Shown: positions 37,696-47,306, counted from the first letter of the stretch. The stretch is 64,000 nt of DNA from an uncultured Gammaproteobacteria bacterium (GCA_964511305.1 CAZEEU010000001.1:53957-117956), one strand, 5' to 3'. Notes: generated by a model from the sequence alone, not told the origin. Numbers and translations are program-made.

Positions 37696-38997
37696 CTACT
37701 TTTTTGGCAGGAATTTCTTCAGAAGCTTAGTAAGAGATGAAACGCTTGAAATATCGAATTTAAATCCAGGGATCATATTTGAAAGACCTGGACCTGCTGC
37801 ACCCTCAGAACGGAAATTTCTTGAGTACTCCAAAAGTCCAACTGCAGTTGAAAAAGTTGGGGATTGAACGTCATCAATAAGACCTGCAATATTTTGAGGC
37901 ATACCAACGCGCACTGTCATTGACAACATTCTCTTAGCGCTATCCTCAGCCCCAACTGTTTTTGCACCTCCACCAGTAATAACAAGACCTGCTGGTGTTT
38001 GGGTTGCAAAACCACTCTTTTTAATTTCAAGAGCAATCATAGTAAATAATTCGTTAAGCCTTGGCTTTATAATACCCTCAACCAATGTCTTTGAACTAAC
38101 TTTTTTAACGTCTTCCGGAAGATGAAGCTCATCAAGATTTAATTCGTCCTCTTCCTGTCTACTCTTTCTATTCTCTTCTTGATTTGGAACTCGTACGCGT
38201 CTTGTGTAGTGTTTTGAAAGGTAAAGCTTTATCTTTTCAGCGCTTTCAAGTGAAATCTTAAGTCCAATTGCCAAGTCATTTGTTATGTGACGGGCCCCTA
38301 TAGGAATAACACTTGTATAGGAAAGTGATCCATCAACGTAGATTGCGATATTTGTAACACCTGCTCCAATGTCAGCAAGAACAACGCCAAGCTCTTTTTC
38401 TGTATCTGACAATACTGACAAAGATGAGGCAAGACCTGCAAATACAAGACTCTGAACATTTACGCCTGCTTCAGATGAAAGAATCTTTTCTACATTTTTG
38501 ACTCCTGCAGAATTTGCCGTAATAATATGGGTATCAACCTCAAGACGTACGCCTGACATGCCAACTGGATCCTTAATTCCACCCTCACCATCCACTGTAA
38601 AAGTCTTTGGAATTACGTGTATTATTTCTCTTGTTGATGGAAGACTTACGGCACCAGCAGCCTCAAGAACACGCTCAACGTCATATTCTGAGATCTCACC
38701 ATCAGGCTGACTTACTGCAACTACACCTTTGGAATTTTGAGATTCGATATTTACCCCTGAGACCGAGACGAACACGCGGTCGATAGAATGCCCAGCCATA
38801 CGCTCTGCGCTATCTAGAGAGGAGTTGATTGTGTCAGAGGCCTCTTCGATATTTACGATCTGTCCTTTTTTGACACCTTTTGAAGGTACCTCGCTCACAC
38901 CAAGGATATTTATGACGTCTTCATCAACTCGGGCAATTAAAGTGGAAACTTTTGAGGAACCAATATCGATCCCCACGACAACATCTACATTCTTCAT
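37696..38997 (-). CDS. ftsA: Cell division protein FtsA
   Basis: GIDIGSSKV, DIGAG.T, HITNDLAIGL, VITGGGA. Confidence 0.97.
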   Translation of the reverse strand: MKNVDVVVGIDIGSSKVSTLIARVDEDVINILGVSEVPSKGVKKGQIVNIEEASDTINSSLDSAERMAGHSIDRVFVSVSGVNIESQNSKGVVAVSQPDGEISEYDVERVLEAAGAVSLPSTREIIHVIPKTFTVDGEGGIKDPVGMSGVRLEVDTHIITANSAGVKNVEKILSSEAGVNVQSLVFAGLASSLSVLSDTEKELGVVLADIGAGVTNIAIYVDGSLSYTSVIPIGARHITNDLAIGLKISLESAEKIKLYLSKHYTRRVRVPNQEENRKSRQEEDELNLDELHLPEDVKKVSSKTLVEGIIKPRLNELFTMIALEIKKSGFATQTPAGLVITGGGAKTVGAEDSAKRMLSMTVRVGMPQNIAGLIDDVQSPTFSTAVGLLEYSRNFRSEGAAGPGLSNMIPGFKFDISSVSSLTKLLKKFLPKK

Positions 38998-39035
38998 ATT
39001 TTAACTAGTTTAGTAAAAGCACTAAAATAATACAA

Positions 39036-39239
39036 GAGGTTTGTGTTCAAATTGAACAAAACCTCCAAATCTCATAATCGACCACTGGCTTGCATCTCAA
39101 ATAGATAAAAACCTGTCATATGAACTTGACCACTGGTTTACATTCCGAAGGAATGAAGCCAGGTGGTTTAGTTTAAAACTAACCACTGGATTACATCCTG
39201 AAAGGATGAAACCTGTCGTCAGAATTTGACGACAGGTTT
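39036..39239. repeat. Array of related hairpins (REP-like) between ftsQ and ftsA
   Basis: Three ACCACTGG..CAT-hairpin units at 39080, 39128 and 39181, flanked by inverted repeats at 39036-39065 and 39209-39239. Confidence 0.8.
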
Positions 39240-39734
39240 ATTGTACCTCAAATCGATATAGATTGCTTGTTTTCCATCCTCTTTGATCTGCTTATCAACA
39301 GCCTCAACCAGGTCCATTTGTCCACCTATATCTTTGTCCAGAGAAAGCAAAACCTGAGTCGTTTTGTTGAGCGTAAACGTAACATAGGCAGATGTCGTTG
39401 CGAATTCAAATTTATCAACAATAAGGCCGGTATTTTCGATAATATTTCTCACCTGGTTGTTATCCATAGCAGCTGCCCCTTGTGGATTTAAGATGACAAC
39501 GTCTCTATTTAAAATATTTGGCAACACAACTCGCCTCACAATAAAAAGGAGCGTTATAACAATAAATAATGCCAATAACCCTATAACTATATTTGTAATG
39601 AGCTTTGTGTAATTCTTGTGGCTGTGAACTTTAACGGTCGTTCTTACTTTTGGCTTTTTTCTTTTACGAAAAAGGGAGACTCGTCTTTTAAAACGTGGGG
39701 CTGCTTTGACTTCCTCTTTTACTTCCTCCTCCAT
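39219..39734 (-). CDS. Miniature FtsQ/DivIB-like protein
   Basis: Basic N-terminus, one TM and C-terminal YIDLR; sits between murG and ftsA. Confidence 0.7.
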   Translation of the reverse strand: MEEEVKEEVKAAPRFKRRVSLFRKRKKPKVRTTVKVHSHKNYTKLITNIVIGLLALFIVITLLFIVRRVVLPNILNRDVVILNPQGAAAMDNNQVRNIIENTGLIVDKFEFATTSAYVTFTLNKTTQVLLSLDKDIGGQMDLVEAVDKQIKEDGKQAIYIDLRYNKPVVKF

Positions 39735-40800
39735 ATAACAGTATTTGCTCTACGATTTTATCTGCTGCATCAATGTGAATATAGCTTTGTGCTGTCTTTA
39801 TATTTTTTTTGTACCTATCTTTCTCTTTTATCATAGCACGAATTTTAAGAAGTAAGCTCAAAGGACTAACGTCAGTCTGATCCACATACTCTCCAACGCC
39901 AAGCTTTTTAAAAAGAATTGCGTTATCCTTCTGCTCATTATGCTGGCCAAATGGCAGTGGGATCAAAAGCGCTGTTGACCCTGATGCTAAAAGCTCACAA
40001 ACAGTATTTATCCCAGAGCGTGATATAACAAGTTCTGACTCAGAAAGAAGCTTAAATACTTCAGATGGAGCATAAAATTGCGAGACTGTATAATTCTTGT
40101 GTCTAAATTTCTCAAGCTTTTCAAAATCACCAAATTCCTTTGCATTTCCCGTCTGGTGATATACATGATAGTCCCGACAAAGATCTTCAATTATCTTTCC
40201 AACGACATCATTTATAAAATGAGACCCCGTACTACCACCAGTAATATAAATGGCTGGTTTTTCAACCTTGAACTCTTTACTGTGATCTTCAAAAAATTCC
40301 GGACGTAGTGGGTTACCTGTCAGAACAGTTTTTTTCTTACTGAAGTACTCTTCAGAAGTCTTAAATGATATTAAAATTACAGATGCAACTTTTGCAATGA
40401 GTCTTGCAGAAAGTCCTGCCTTCTGAGTTTGCTCATGCAGCACAACTGGAATTCTTAAAATTTTTGAAGCTAACGCAACTGGCAGCCCTACATAGCCACC
40501 AAAGGTCACGACAACATCCGGTCTTTCTTTTTTAAGTATTTTTAACGCCTGATAGACCCCACTTGGGAATCTGGCAAATGAAGGAATTGTTTTTGATGTA
40601 AATTTTCGTTGTAATTTTCCGGCTGATAAGATCTTGAATGGAATTCCTAATTTTTGACAGAGTTTATACTCAAAAGTCTCATTGTCATCTCCATCAAATG
40701 CGTGCTTGCGACCAATGACAATTATTTCGTGCTCACGCTTTAACTTTTGAATGATTGTGTATGCCGGACTGAAATGTCCGCCTGTGATTATAATTTTCAT
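39688..40800 (-). CDS. murG: Undecaprenyl-PP-MurNAc-pentapeptide GlcNAc transferase MurG
   Basis: TGGH..PA, FGGYV, HEQ, TGNPLR, TGGS.G, SRSG..T, EQ..NA. Confidence 0.92.
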   Translation of the reverse strand: MKIIITGGHFSPAYTIIQKLKREHEIIVIGRKHAFDGDDNETFEYKLCQKLGIPFKILSAGKLQRKFTSKTIPSFARFPSGVYQALKILKKERPDVVVTFGGYVGLPVALASKILRIPVVLHEQTQKAGLSARLIAKVASVILISFKTSEEYFSKKKTVLTGNPLRPEFFEDHSKEFKVEKPAIYITGGSTGSHFINDVVGKIIEDLCRDYHVYHQTGNAKEFGDFEKLEKFRHKNYTVSQFYAPSEVFKLLSESELVISRSGINTVCELLASGSTALLIPLPFGQHNEQKDNAILFKKLGVGEYVDQTDVSPLSLLLKIRAMIKEKDRYKKNIKTAQSYIHIDAADKIVEQILLYGGGSKRGSQSSPTF

Positions 40801-41939
40801 TTTCTTCTTTTTAGCCTTCCAAATGTTCCTTTTTTAAATCTTGAAAGTCCTGTACCTTTTCTTACTGAAGGACGTTGGTCAAGCGCTATATTAAATAATA
40901 ACCCAATTGCTACAAAATTTATAAGCATCGAGCTTCCGCCATATGAAATGAATGGCAGAGGTACTCCTGTCAGAGGAATAACAACTGCTTGAGACGCAAG
41001 ATTAATTAATGACTGTATCGTTATGAAAACTGTTATCCCTGAAGCTAAAAGTTTTCCAAATTGAGTCTTTGCATTAACTGCAATCAGAATTCCAATTGCA
41101 CATAATGCTATGTAAATTGAAATAAGAATTATACTTCCAATATATCCTGCTTCCTCAGCAAAAACTGCAAAGATAGAATCAGTTGTATGCTCCGGAAGAT
41201 ATGAGTATTTCTGAACAGAATTACCAAAGCCTACTCCAGTTAGCCCTCCACTTCCAAGTCCAATTACGATCTGCTTTGTGTGATAGGAGGTCGTATTTAA
41301 ATTATTCACATCAAAATTTTGAAAGGCAGTAAGTCTTTTAAGTCTGTATGGAGACGCGCCGGCAACGAGCACAATAATCAAAAGTCCAACAATAAGAACT
41401 GGCGCTACTTCTCTTATTGAGGCACCAGATATGTAATACACAATAAATGAAGTTGCCGCAATGATAAAGGAGGTTTTAAGATCCGGCTGCAACAACACAA
41501 GTCCGCTTGCGACTCCTAAAAGCAAAAGAAATGCCATAAGTCTCCCCTTTTCCTTAATTGATAGCCATGAAGCAAGATACAATGACAATGTAATTTTTAA
41601 AAGTTCTGATGGCTGAAAGATAGATATACCCAAATTGATCCATCTATGCGACCCATTCAACTCGAGGCCAATTCCGGGGAAAAATACCAGTATTAAAAGT
41701 CCAAGGGTTGTAAGTAGCAAGGGAAGAGACAAATTGTAAAGAAGAGATTCCCTAACGCGGGACACAAAAAGCGCAGCAATAACTCCCAAAAAGATCCAAA
41801 CGCTTTGATTCTTGATAAAGTAATACTTGTCTTTCAGGTCAAGCTGAGCGGTATAAGAAGAACTTTCATACAGAACAAAAAGACCAAGGGTTGTTAGGAT
41901 AAATATCACACAAAGAAGGGACAGGGCGAGCTTGTTCAT
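40797..41939 (-). CDS. ftsW: SEDS protein FtsW
   Basis: NGSHRWI, FQPSEL.K, LPEHTTDSIFA, PLTGVPLPFISYGGSS; located in the dcw cluster. Confidence 0.92.
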   Translation of the reverse strand: MNKLALSLLCVIFILTTLGLFVLYESSSYTAQLDLKDKYYFIKNQSVWIFLGVIAALFVSRVRESLLYNLSLPLLLTTLGLLILVFFPGIGLELNGSHRWINLGISIFQPSELLKITLSLYLASWLSIKEKGRLMAFLLLLGVASGLVLLQPDLKTSFIIAATSFIVYYISGASIREVAPVLIVGLLIIVLVAGASPYRLKRLTAFQNFDVNNLNTTSYHTKQIVIGLGSGGLTGVGFGNSVQKYSYLPEHTTDSIFAVFAEEAGYIGSIILISIYIALCAIGILIAVNAKTQFGKLLASGITVFITIQSLINLASQAVVIPLTGVPLPFISYGGSSMLINFVAIGLLFNIALDQRPSVRKGTGLSRFKKGTFGRLKRRK

Positions 41940-42947
41940 TTACTGAATAAAGGCGAGATACAAACCGATTAGTGCAAATGCAAATCCCATGAGCCATCCA
42001 CGCATTACTATCTTTGGCTCTTCCCATCCCTTTTTTAAGAAATAGAGATGCATAGGTGCTATTGGGAATGCTTTTCTTTTAAGGAATTTTTTAGAAAGAA
42101 TTTGTATTAAAGATGAACCGATTTCAACAACATATACTCCACCAATAACCATGACTGCAATTTCCTTTCCAGTTAAAAGTCCTATCACAGCAAGGGCCGC
42201 TCCAAGAGACAAAGATCCCACATCCCCCAGCCACAACCGAGCTTTGTATATATTAAAGTAGAGAAATGCTCCTACAGAGCCTAGAAGAATTGCTATAAAT
42301 ATAGCCAAGAAGTCATTAAGAAGAGCGCGAGAGATAACCAAGAATGCACAAAGACATATAATAAGTACTCCAGACGAAAGACCATCTAACCCATCCGTTA
42401 TATTAAATGCATTAGTGAAGCTCACTATGACAAAAGCTGCAAAAAGGATATATAAAGGACCCAAAAAGATAATTCCGAAAGCAGGGACGTGGACAAACGT
42501 ATGACCGTTCATAAATAGTACCCAACCAACGACTAGTGCTAAGGCCCATTGAATAGCAAATTTGTGCAAAAATCTGAGCCCAAAAAATCCGGTTCTTTCA
42601 ACATTAAGTATCTTTTTTAAGTCATCATAAAATCCAAGCGCACCAAATCCTACAAATGAGAACAGTAATACAACAAGCTCCCACGGCTTCACATCTACCC
42701 TAAAAAGGCCATACGCCCAAAGGGTAAGAATTGTTACTACAAAAATTATAAGAATACCCCCTCCAATTGGAGTACCCACTTTCCATTCGTGAAGTTTGTC
42801 AAAAACGTATGTCCTGTTATTGAAAATATCGCGGGTTTTCTGCTTCTTTCTTTGAAGCTTCATTTTATATAAAAAGTCTATAAAAGGAACTATAAGAATA
42901 GATGTAATAAATAAAGACAGAATTGCAAAACCAAATACTTTGTCCAT
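41940..42947 (-). CDS. mraY: Phospho-N-acetylmuramoyl-pentapeptide transferase
   Basis: K.GTP.GGG, GFYDD..K, NAFNITDGLDGL, GDVGSL.LG, APMH. Confidence 0.95.
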   Translation of the reverse strand: MDKVFGFAILSLFITSILIVPFIDFLYKMKLQRKKQKTRDIFNNRTYVFDKLHEWKVGTPIGGGILIIFVVTILTLWAYGLFRVDVKPWELVVLLFSFVGFGALGFYDDLKKILNVERTGFFGLRFLHKFAIQWALALVVGWVLFMNGHTFVHVPAFGIIFLGPLYILFAAFVIVSFTNAFNITDGLDGLSSGVLIICLCAFLVISRALLNDFLAIFIAILLGSVGAFLYFNIYKARLWLGDVGSLSLGAALAVIGLLTGKEIAVMVIGGVYVVEIGSSLIQILSKKFLKRKAFPIAPMHLYFLKKGWEEPKIVMRGWLMGFAFALIGLYLAFIQ

Positions 42948-42960
42948 ATGTTAATTTATT

Positions 42961-43056
42961 AACGTATGGAGAGCTTGCTCATCCATATGTTGTGGCCAAA
43001 CTTTTGCCAATCATGGATTTTACTCCATCACGCACTCTAACTGCAAGCAAAGCAGT
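42961..43056. other. Four-hairpin structured intergenic segment upstream of mraY (candidate cis-regulatory RNA or ncRNA)
   Basis: Stems at 42961-42991, 42993-43009, 43013-43028 and 43040-43056; TAAAAT on the minus strand at 43067-43072. Confidence 0.4.
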
Positions 43057-43103
43057 ACAGATCTATATTTTACACCTAATTGATAAGAACTCACAATTAA
43101 CAA

Positions 43104-43748
43104 TTATTTAATCTTTGAAGACTCAGGATACGTACCCGAAACGGATACTAGGGGAAAAACCAAACACTCTTTACCAAGTACGGTACCAGGATTAAGAACT
43201 GCACTTACACCTACAAAACATCCATCCCCCACAATAGCACCAAATTTGTCCATGCCGGTTGGAATTCTACTGTCTCCGTTTTTTATTTCAATTTCTTTTT
43301 TATCAAATCTCCAATTGGCAAGCGTTGCACCGCCTGAAATATTGCAGGAAGCACCAACGATACTGTCTCCTATATAATTGAGGTGAGCAAGAGCCGCATT
43401 ACTCATGATTATTGAATGTTTTACCTCTGTTGCATGTCCTACATTTACATTTTTACCGACAATTACTCCACCACGTAAAAATGCAGCATGTCCGATAATA
43501 GAATTGTCTCCAATAATTGCAGCTCCCTTAATTCTTGCAGTGTCATCTATGACAACGTTATTCCCAACAAAAATATTCTCAGAAATTTCAGTATAATTTT
43601 TGCTTTCTGGATTGTCTTTAAATGTACGGATGAATTCTTCAATTTGAGGAAGTACTTCCCAAGCATAGTGAGCCTTTTCAAAAAGACCATTTAAAATCTC
43701 TGTATTGGAAAAAAATTGAGTACTAGAAAAATTAGCTTGACTATCCAT
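43104..43748 (-). CDS. Left-handed beta-helix acetyltransferase (archaeal-GlmU-like C-terminal domain)
   Basis: Hexapeptide repeats, EVK.S, H.NY.GDSI.G, N.RFD, KFGAIVGD, VLNPG. Confidence 0.8.
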   Translation of the reverse strand: MDSQANFSSTQFFSNTEILNGLFEKAHYAWEVLPQIEEFIRTFKDNPESKNYTEISENIFVGNNVVIDDTARIKGAAIIGDNSIIGHAAFLRGGVIVGKNVNVGHATEVKHSIIMSNAALAHLNYIGDSIVGASCNISGGATLANWRFDKKEIEIKNGDSRIPTGMDKFGAIVGDGCFVGVSAVLNPGTVLGKECLVFPLVSVSGTYPESSKIK

Positions 43749-44508
43749 TTGTTAGAATTCGCTCTGCTTCCTTAAGATCTTCTCGGGTATTAACACCCTG
43801 CCATTTTTTATCGGATTTGTATGCTGCAATTTTTCCGTTGTGATTTGAGATAATATCAATAATATCTGTTATGTAATACTCCCCGGTTACCGGATTTCTT
43901 TTAATATCTTTTATATTTTCCTCAAGATATTTTTTATCAATAATATAGCAGCCTAAATTGATTTCCCGAATCAACTTCTCCTCGTCGGTCGCATTTTTTT
44001 CTTCAACGATTCCAATTACCTCATCGTTTTGGTCTCTAATAATTCTTCCGAATCCAGTTGGATTCTCAGACTCCATCGTAATAAATGTGATCTTTGCATT
44101 TTGCTCTTTGTGCGTATCGTATAGAGATTTAAAAGTTGTAGCAGTATGAAGAAATGAATCATCGCCATAAATAATAAGAACGTCATGCGCTGTTTCTGGA
44201 ACTTTTGGTAACGCGCAAGCAACTGCGTGTCCTGTCCCTAGTTGCTCTGTCTGCTCTGCAACTATTGTGTCATCACTAAGAATTGACATGACCGATTCTT
44301 TTGCAAAACCTACTACTACCACGATATCTACTATCCCGGCATCCTTAAGAATCCGCATCGTTCGCGTCAACATTGGCTCGCCGCTTACTTGCATTGCAAC
44401 TTTATTCGTATCTGTGGATTGCATTCGCGTGCCTTTACCGGCCGCCAAAATGATCGCGGTGAGTTCTTTCATAGCAAGCCCTCCATCTATCGCTGTGAGC
44501 TGTTCCAT
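43741..44508 (-). CDS. GlmU N-terminal-like GlcNAc-1-P uridyltransferase (stand-alone)
   Basis: AIILAAGKGTRM.S, Q.EQLGTGHAV, YGD, GFGRIIR, IVEEK.A, GEYYITD, GVNT. Alternative start at ATG 44472 with a GGAGG SD. Confidence 0.88.
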   Translation of the reverse strand: MEQLTAIDGGLAMKELTAIILAAGKGTRMQSTDTNKVAMQVSGEPMLTRTMRILKDAGIVDIVVVVGFAKESVMSILSDDTIVAEQTEQLGTGHAVACALPKVPETAHDVLIIYGDDSFLHTATTFKSLYDTHKEQNAKITFITMESENPTGFGRIIRDQNDEVIGIVEEKNATDEEKLIREINLGCYIIDKKYLEENIKDIKRNPVTGEYYITDIIDIISNHNGKIAAYKSDKKWQGVNTREDLKEAERILTNG

Positions 44509-44510
44509 AG

Positions 44511-45836
44511 TTATTCCTCGACCTCCTCAATTTGTGCACCAACTGATTGAAGCCTTTTTAAAATTTTCTCATATCCGCGTTCTAAATGCTCTATTCCATA
44601 TAAAATGCTTTGCCCATCAGCTATAAGAGCACCCATAACAAGTGTGGCACCTGCTCGAAGATCAGAAACGGTAAGTACTGCATTGTGGAGTTTTTGAGGT
44701 CCAGTAATTCTTATTGCCTGCTTGTAGGAAGATTTTGGATTGTAATTGAAATTGTATACGTCCTGGGGATTTTCGATTTTCGGATCAAAATACTCAATTT
44801 TTGCGCCCATTTTCTTAAGTTCCGGCACATATCCAAATCTATTTTCATAAATTGTTTCATGTATTGTTGACGCGCCTACGGCCTGCGTCATAAGTACTGC
44901 CCATGGGCCTTGCCAGTCTGTTTTAAAGCCCGGTTCTGGTGCTGTTGTTATTGCGGAAGGTTTTATCCCATCTGGTGCAAAGAATCGCACGCCTTCATCG
45001 GATGCCTCATGTGTAATCCCACACTTTGATAGCTCTTCAAGAAATATGCCAACGTTATTTAAATTAACATTTGTCAAAGAAATATTACCGCCTGATAAAA
45101 CCGAAAGAACAGCGAATGTCACCAGCTCATTTGCGTCTGAAACGATTTCATATTCTGTTCCATGTAGTTTTTCAACTCCCTCGATTACAATTTTTCTTTT
45201 TTCTACCCTATTTATTTTGGCTCCCATACTATTAAGAAGAGAGATAAGATCATCAATCTCATGTTCTTCGGCAGCATTTTCAATCGTTGTAGTGCCAGAA
45301 GCAAGAGTTGCTGCCATGATTAATGTTTCAGTCCCTGTATGAGTATTCTTTTCAAATCTATACGTTGTACCGTAAAGCCCAGCTGTTGAAGCATGATAGT
45401 ACCCGTCTTCAGATCTATATTGGATTTCGGCCCCCATAGATTCTAAAGCTTCTATGTGCCTCTCAATTGAACGAGCACCGAGTCTGCAACCTTCTGGATT
45501 TGGAACTATTGCGCGTTTTACTCTTAAAAGTAAGGGCGATAGGAACATGGAAGACGTTCTAACTCGAGCTCCAACCTCAAGTGTTAATTCGTGATTTTTA
45601 ATTTCTTTAACTTGAATTTTGACAGTTCCATCGGTTCTTTCAACAGTTCCCCCGATGGTTTCAATTATTCCTAAAAGTGCTTCAAAGTCTGAGATTTCAG
45701 GGACATTTCGGAGTATAACAGGCTCATCGGTAAGACAAGCAGCAATGACTGCTTTTGTAACCACATTTTTAGATCCAGAAATCCGTATGGATCCCTTTAA
45801 AGGACTACCGCCTTCTATGACAAATTTTCTAGCCAT
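44511..45836 (-). CDS. murA: UDP-N-acetylglucosamine 1-carboxyvinyltransferase
   Basis: ISGSKN, GC.LGAR (active-site Cys), P.PGF.TD.Q, YENRF, DLRAGA, L.RGYE. Confidence 0.95.
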   Translation of the reverse strand: MARKFVIEGGSPLKGSIRISGSKNVVTKAVIAACLTDEPVILRNVPEISDFEALLGIIETIGGTVERTDGTVKIQVKEIKNHELTLEVGARVRTSSMFLSPLLLRVKRAIVPNPEGCRLGARSIERHIEALESMGAEIQYRSEDGYYHASTAGLYGTTYRFEKNTHTGTETLIMAATLASGTTTIENAAEEHEIDDLISLLNSMGAKINRVEKRKIVIEGVEKLHGTEYEIVSDANELVTFAVLSVLSGGNISLTNVNLNNVGIFLEELSKCGITHEASDEGVRFFAPDGIKPSAITTAPEPGFKTDWQGPWAVLMTQAVGASTIHETIYENRFGYVPELKKMGAKIEYFDPKIENPQDVYNFNYNPKSSYKQAIRITGPQKLHNAVLTVSDLRAGATLVMGALIADGQSILYGIEHLERGYEKILKRLQSVGAQIEEVEE

Positions 45837-47304
45837 TCTTTAATAAGTACCCGGCTTTATATACATCCCCAGCTCCAATTGTTAGGATGACATTGCCACT
45901 TGAGGCAAAGTTTTGCCCTACGTATTCTACCATATCCTCCACTTTTTCAAAAAAATGTACGTTCTTATGACCCTCAAATGCACCTACATATTCGTCCTGC
46001 GACAACGTATCGCTTTCGGTGTCACGTGCTGATTTAAATATAGGAAGAAGCATCAAGCTATCAGCTTTTACAAATGCGTTTCCAAAATCAGCAAGAAGAG
46101 CTTTTGTTCTTGAAAAGGTGTGGGGTTGAAAAATAACTGCAAGATCTTTACCTGGATATGCTTCTTTAATAGAATTTATAGTTGTTGAGATTTCTAACGG
46201 ATGATGCCCATAGTCGTCAATAATAGTAGCCCCATTTGAAGTATTTCCTACCAACTCGCTTCTTCTCTTTGTACCCTTAAATTCTTTTAGACATGGCCTA
46301 ATTTTCTCTGCATCAAGCCCAATCTCTGAAAGAAAAGCAATAACGGCAAGCGAATTTTTAGCATTATGAAGTCCGGGGATACTCAGCTCGAAATGCCCTA
46401 ATTCCTTACCCTTCTTAGTCACATTAAAACGAGAAGAAAAACCATGGGTTACTATTTGAGAAATAACATAATCATTCGAATTATTCTCACCATACGTTAT
46501 TATTTTAATATCCTTTTCAATTTTGTCTTTAAACTGGGACAACCGATTATCATCCCCATTTACCAATAGTTTTCCTCCGCTTTGAATATTGTCTGCAAAT
46601 TGGATAAAGGCATCTTCTACTCTATCTATTGAATCAAATAAATCAGGGTGATCGAAGTCGATATTATTAAAAATGGCAAATTTTGGCTCTATGTATAAAA
46701 ATTTAGGAATCCTGTCATATACTGGCTCGGACGCATATTCATCGGCTTCACTAACAAAGTACTCTCCTCCTCCTAAATGTCCTGGCGCTGCAAGAGGAAA
46801 GACTTCACCTGTACCTATGCTGTAGGAAGGATCTAACCCATAAGCTTTAAGTGTGGTTGCAAGAAGAGCTGTAATTGTAGTTTTGCCATGAGAGCCGGCG
46901 ACTGCTACAGTTTTAAAATCTTTCTCAAAGATTTTTCCATCCATAAAAGTTGCTAATGCTTGACCCTGCGTTAGAACCGCAATGCCATTGGCTTTTGCCC
47001 AAACAACTTGAGGATTATCAAAACCTTTATGCGCACCTGTTGTTATAACCAATGAATTCTCTTTATTTATCCCGTCAAAAAAAGAAGATATTGTCCCAAC
47101 TTCAAAACCCGTATCAATTACTATTCCCTTTTTTTCTAAGTAAATATCCGTAATAAATTCTTGACCTGTATCAGAACCCCGCACCTCAATTTCCGCATCA
47201 CACGCAATCATTGCCAACGGCGCAACTCCCACGCCCTTTATACCAACGCAGTAAATCTTTTTAATATTTACAAGTGGGGGTAGGTTCATTGTTTTGTAGT
47301 GCAT
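45829..47304 (-). CDS. murC: UDP-MurNAc--L-alanine ligase
   Basis: GIKGVG..PLA, AGSHGKTT, EADEY, DFDHPD, G.KRR, DDYGHHP.EI, FQPHTFSRT. Start is 47304 or 47289. Confidence 0.93.
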   Translation of the reverse strand: MHYKTMNLPPLVNIKKIYCVGIKGVGVAPLAMIACDAEIEVRGSDTGQEFITDIYLEKKGIVIDTGFEVGTISSFFDGINKENSLVITTGAHKGFDNPQVVWAKANGIAVLTQGQALATFMDGKIFEKDFKTVAVAGSHGKTTITALLATTLKAYGLDPSYSIGTGEVFPLAAPGHLGGGEYFVSEADEYASEPVYDRIPKFLYIEPKFAIFNNIDFDHPDLFDSIDRVEDAFIQFADNIQSGGKLLVNGDDNRLSQFKDKIEKDIKIITYGENNSNDYVISQIVTHGFSSRFNVTKKGKELGHFELSIPGLHNAKNSLAVIAFLSEIGLDAEKIRPCLKEFKGTKRRSELVGNTSNGATIIDDYGHHPLEISTTINSIKEAYPGKDLAVIFQPHTFSRTKALLADFGNAFVKADSLMLLPIFKSARDTESDTLSQDEYVGAFEGHKNVHFFEKVEDMVEYVGQNFASSGNVILTIGAGDVYKAGYLLKNG

Positions 47305-47306
47305 AA

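Noticed and set aside
39036-39239. DGR target hairpin or IS ends
   Set aside because: GAA-loop hairpins are present, but I found no reverse transcriptase, no TR/VR pair with A-specific mismatches and no transposase in the window.
43010-43035. Fluoride riboswitch or glmS ribozyme before mraY
   Set aside because: Minus-strand GTGATGGAGT resembles the fluoride motif start, but the pairing partner and downstream conserved segment are absent. There is no glmS core.
42923-43111. 62-aa plus-strand ORF in the mraY gap
   Set aside because: Non-ATG start, overlaps both flanking genes in antisense and has no protein-like features. The hairpins explain the region better.
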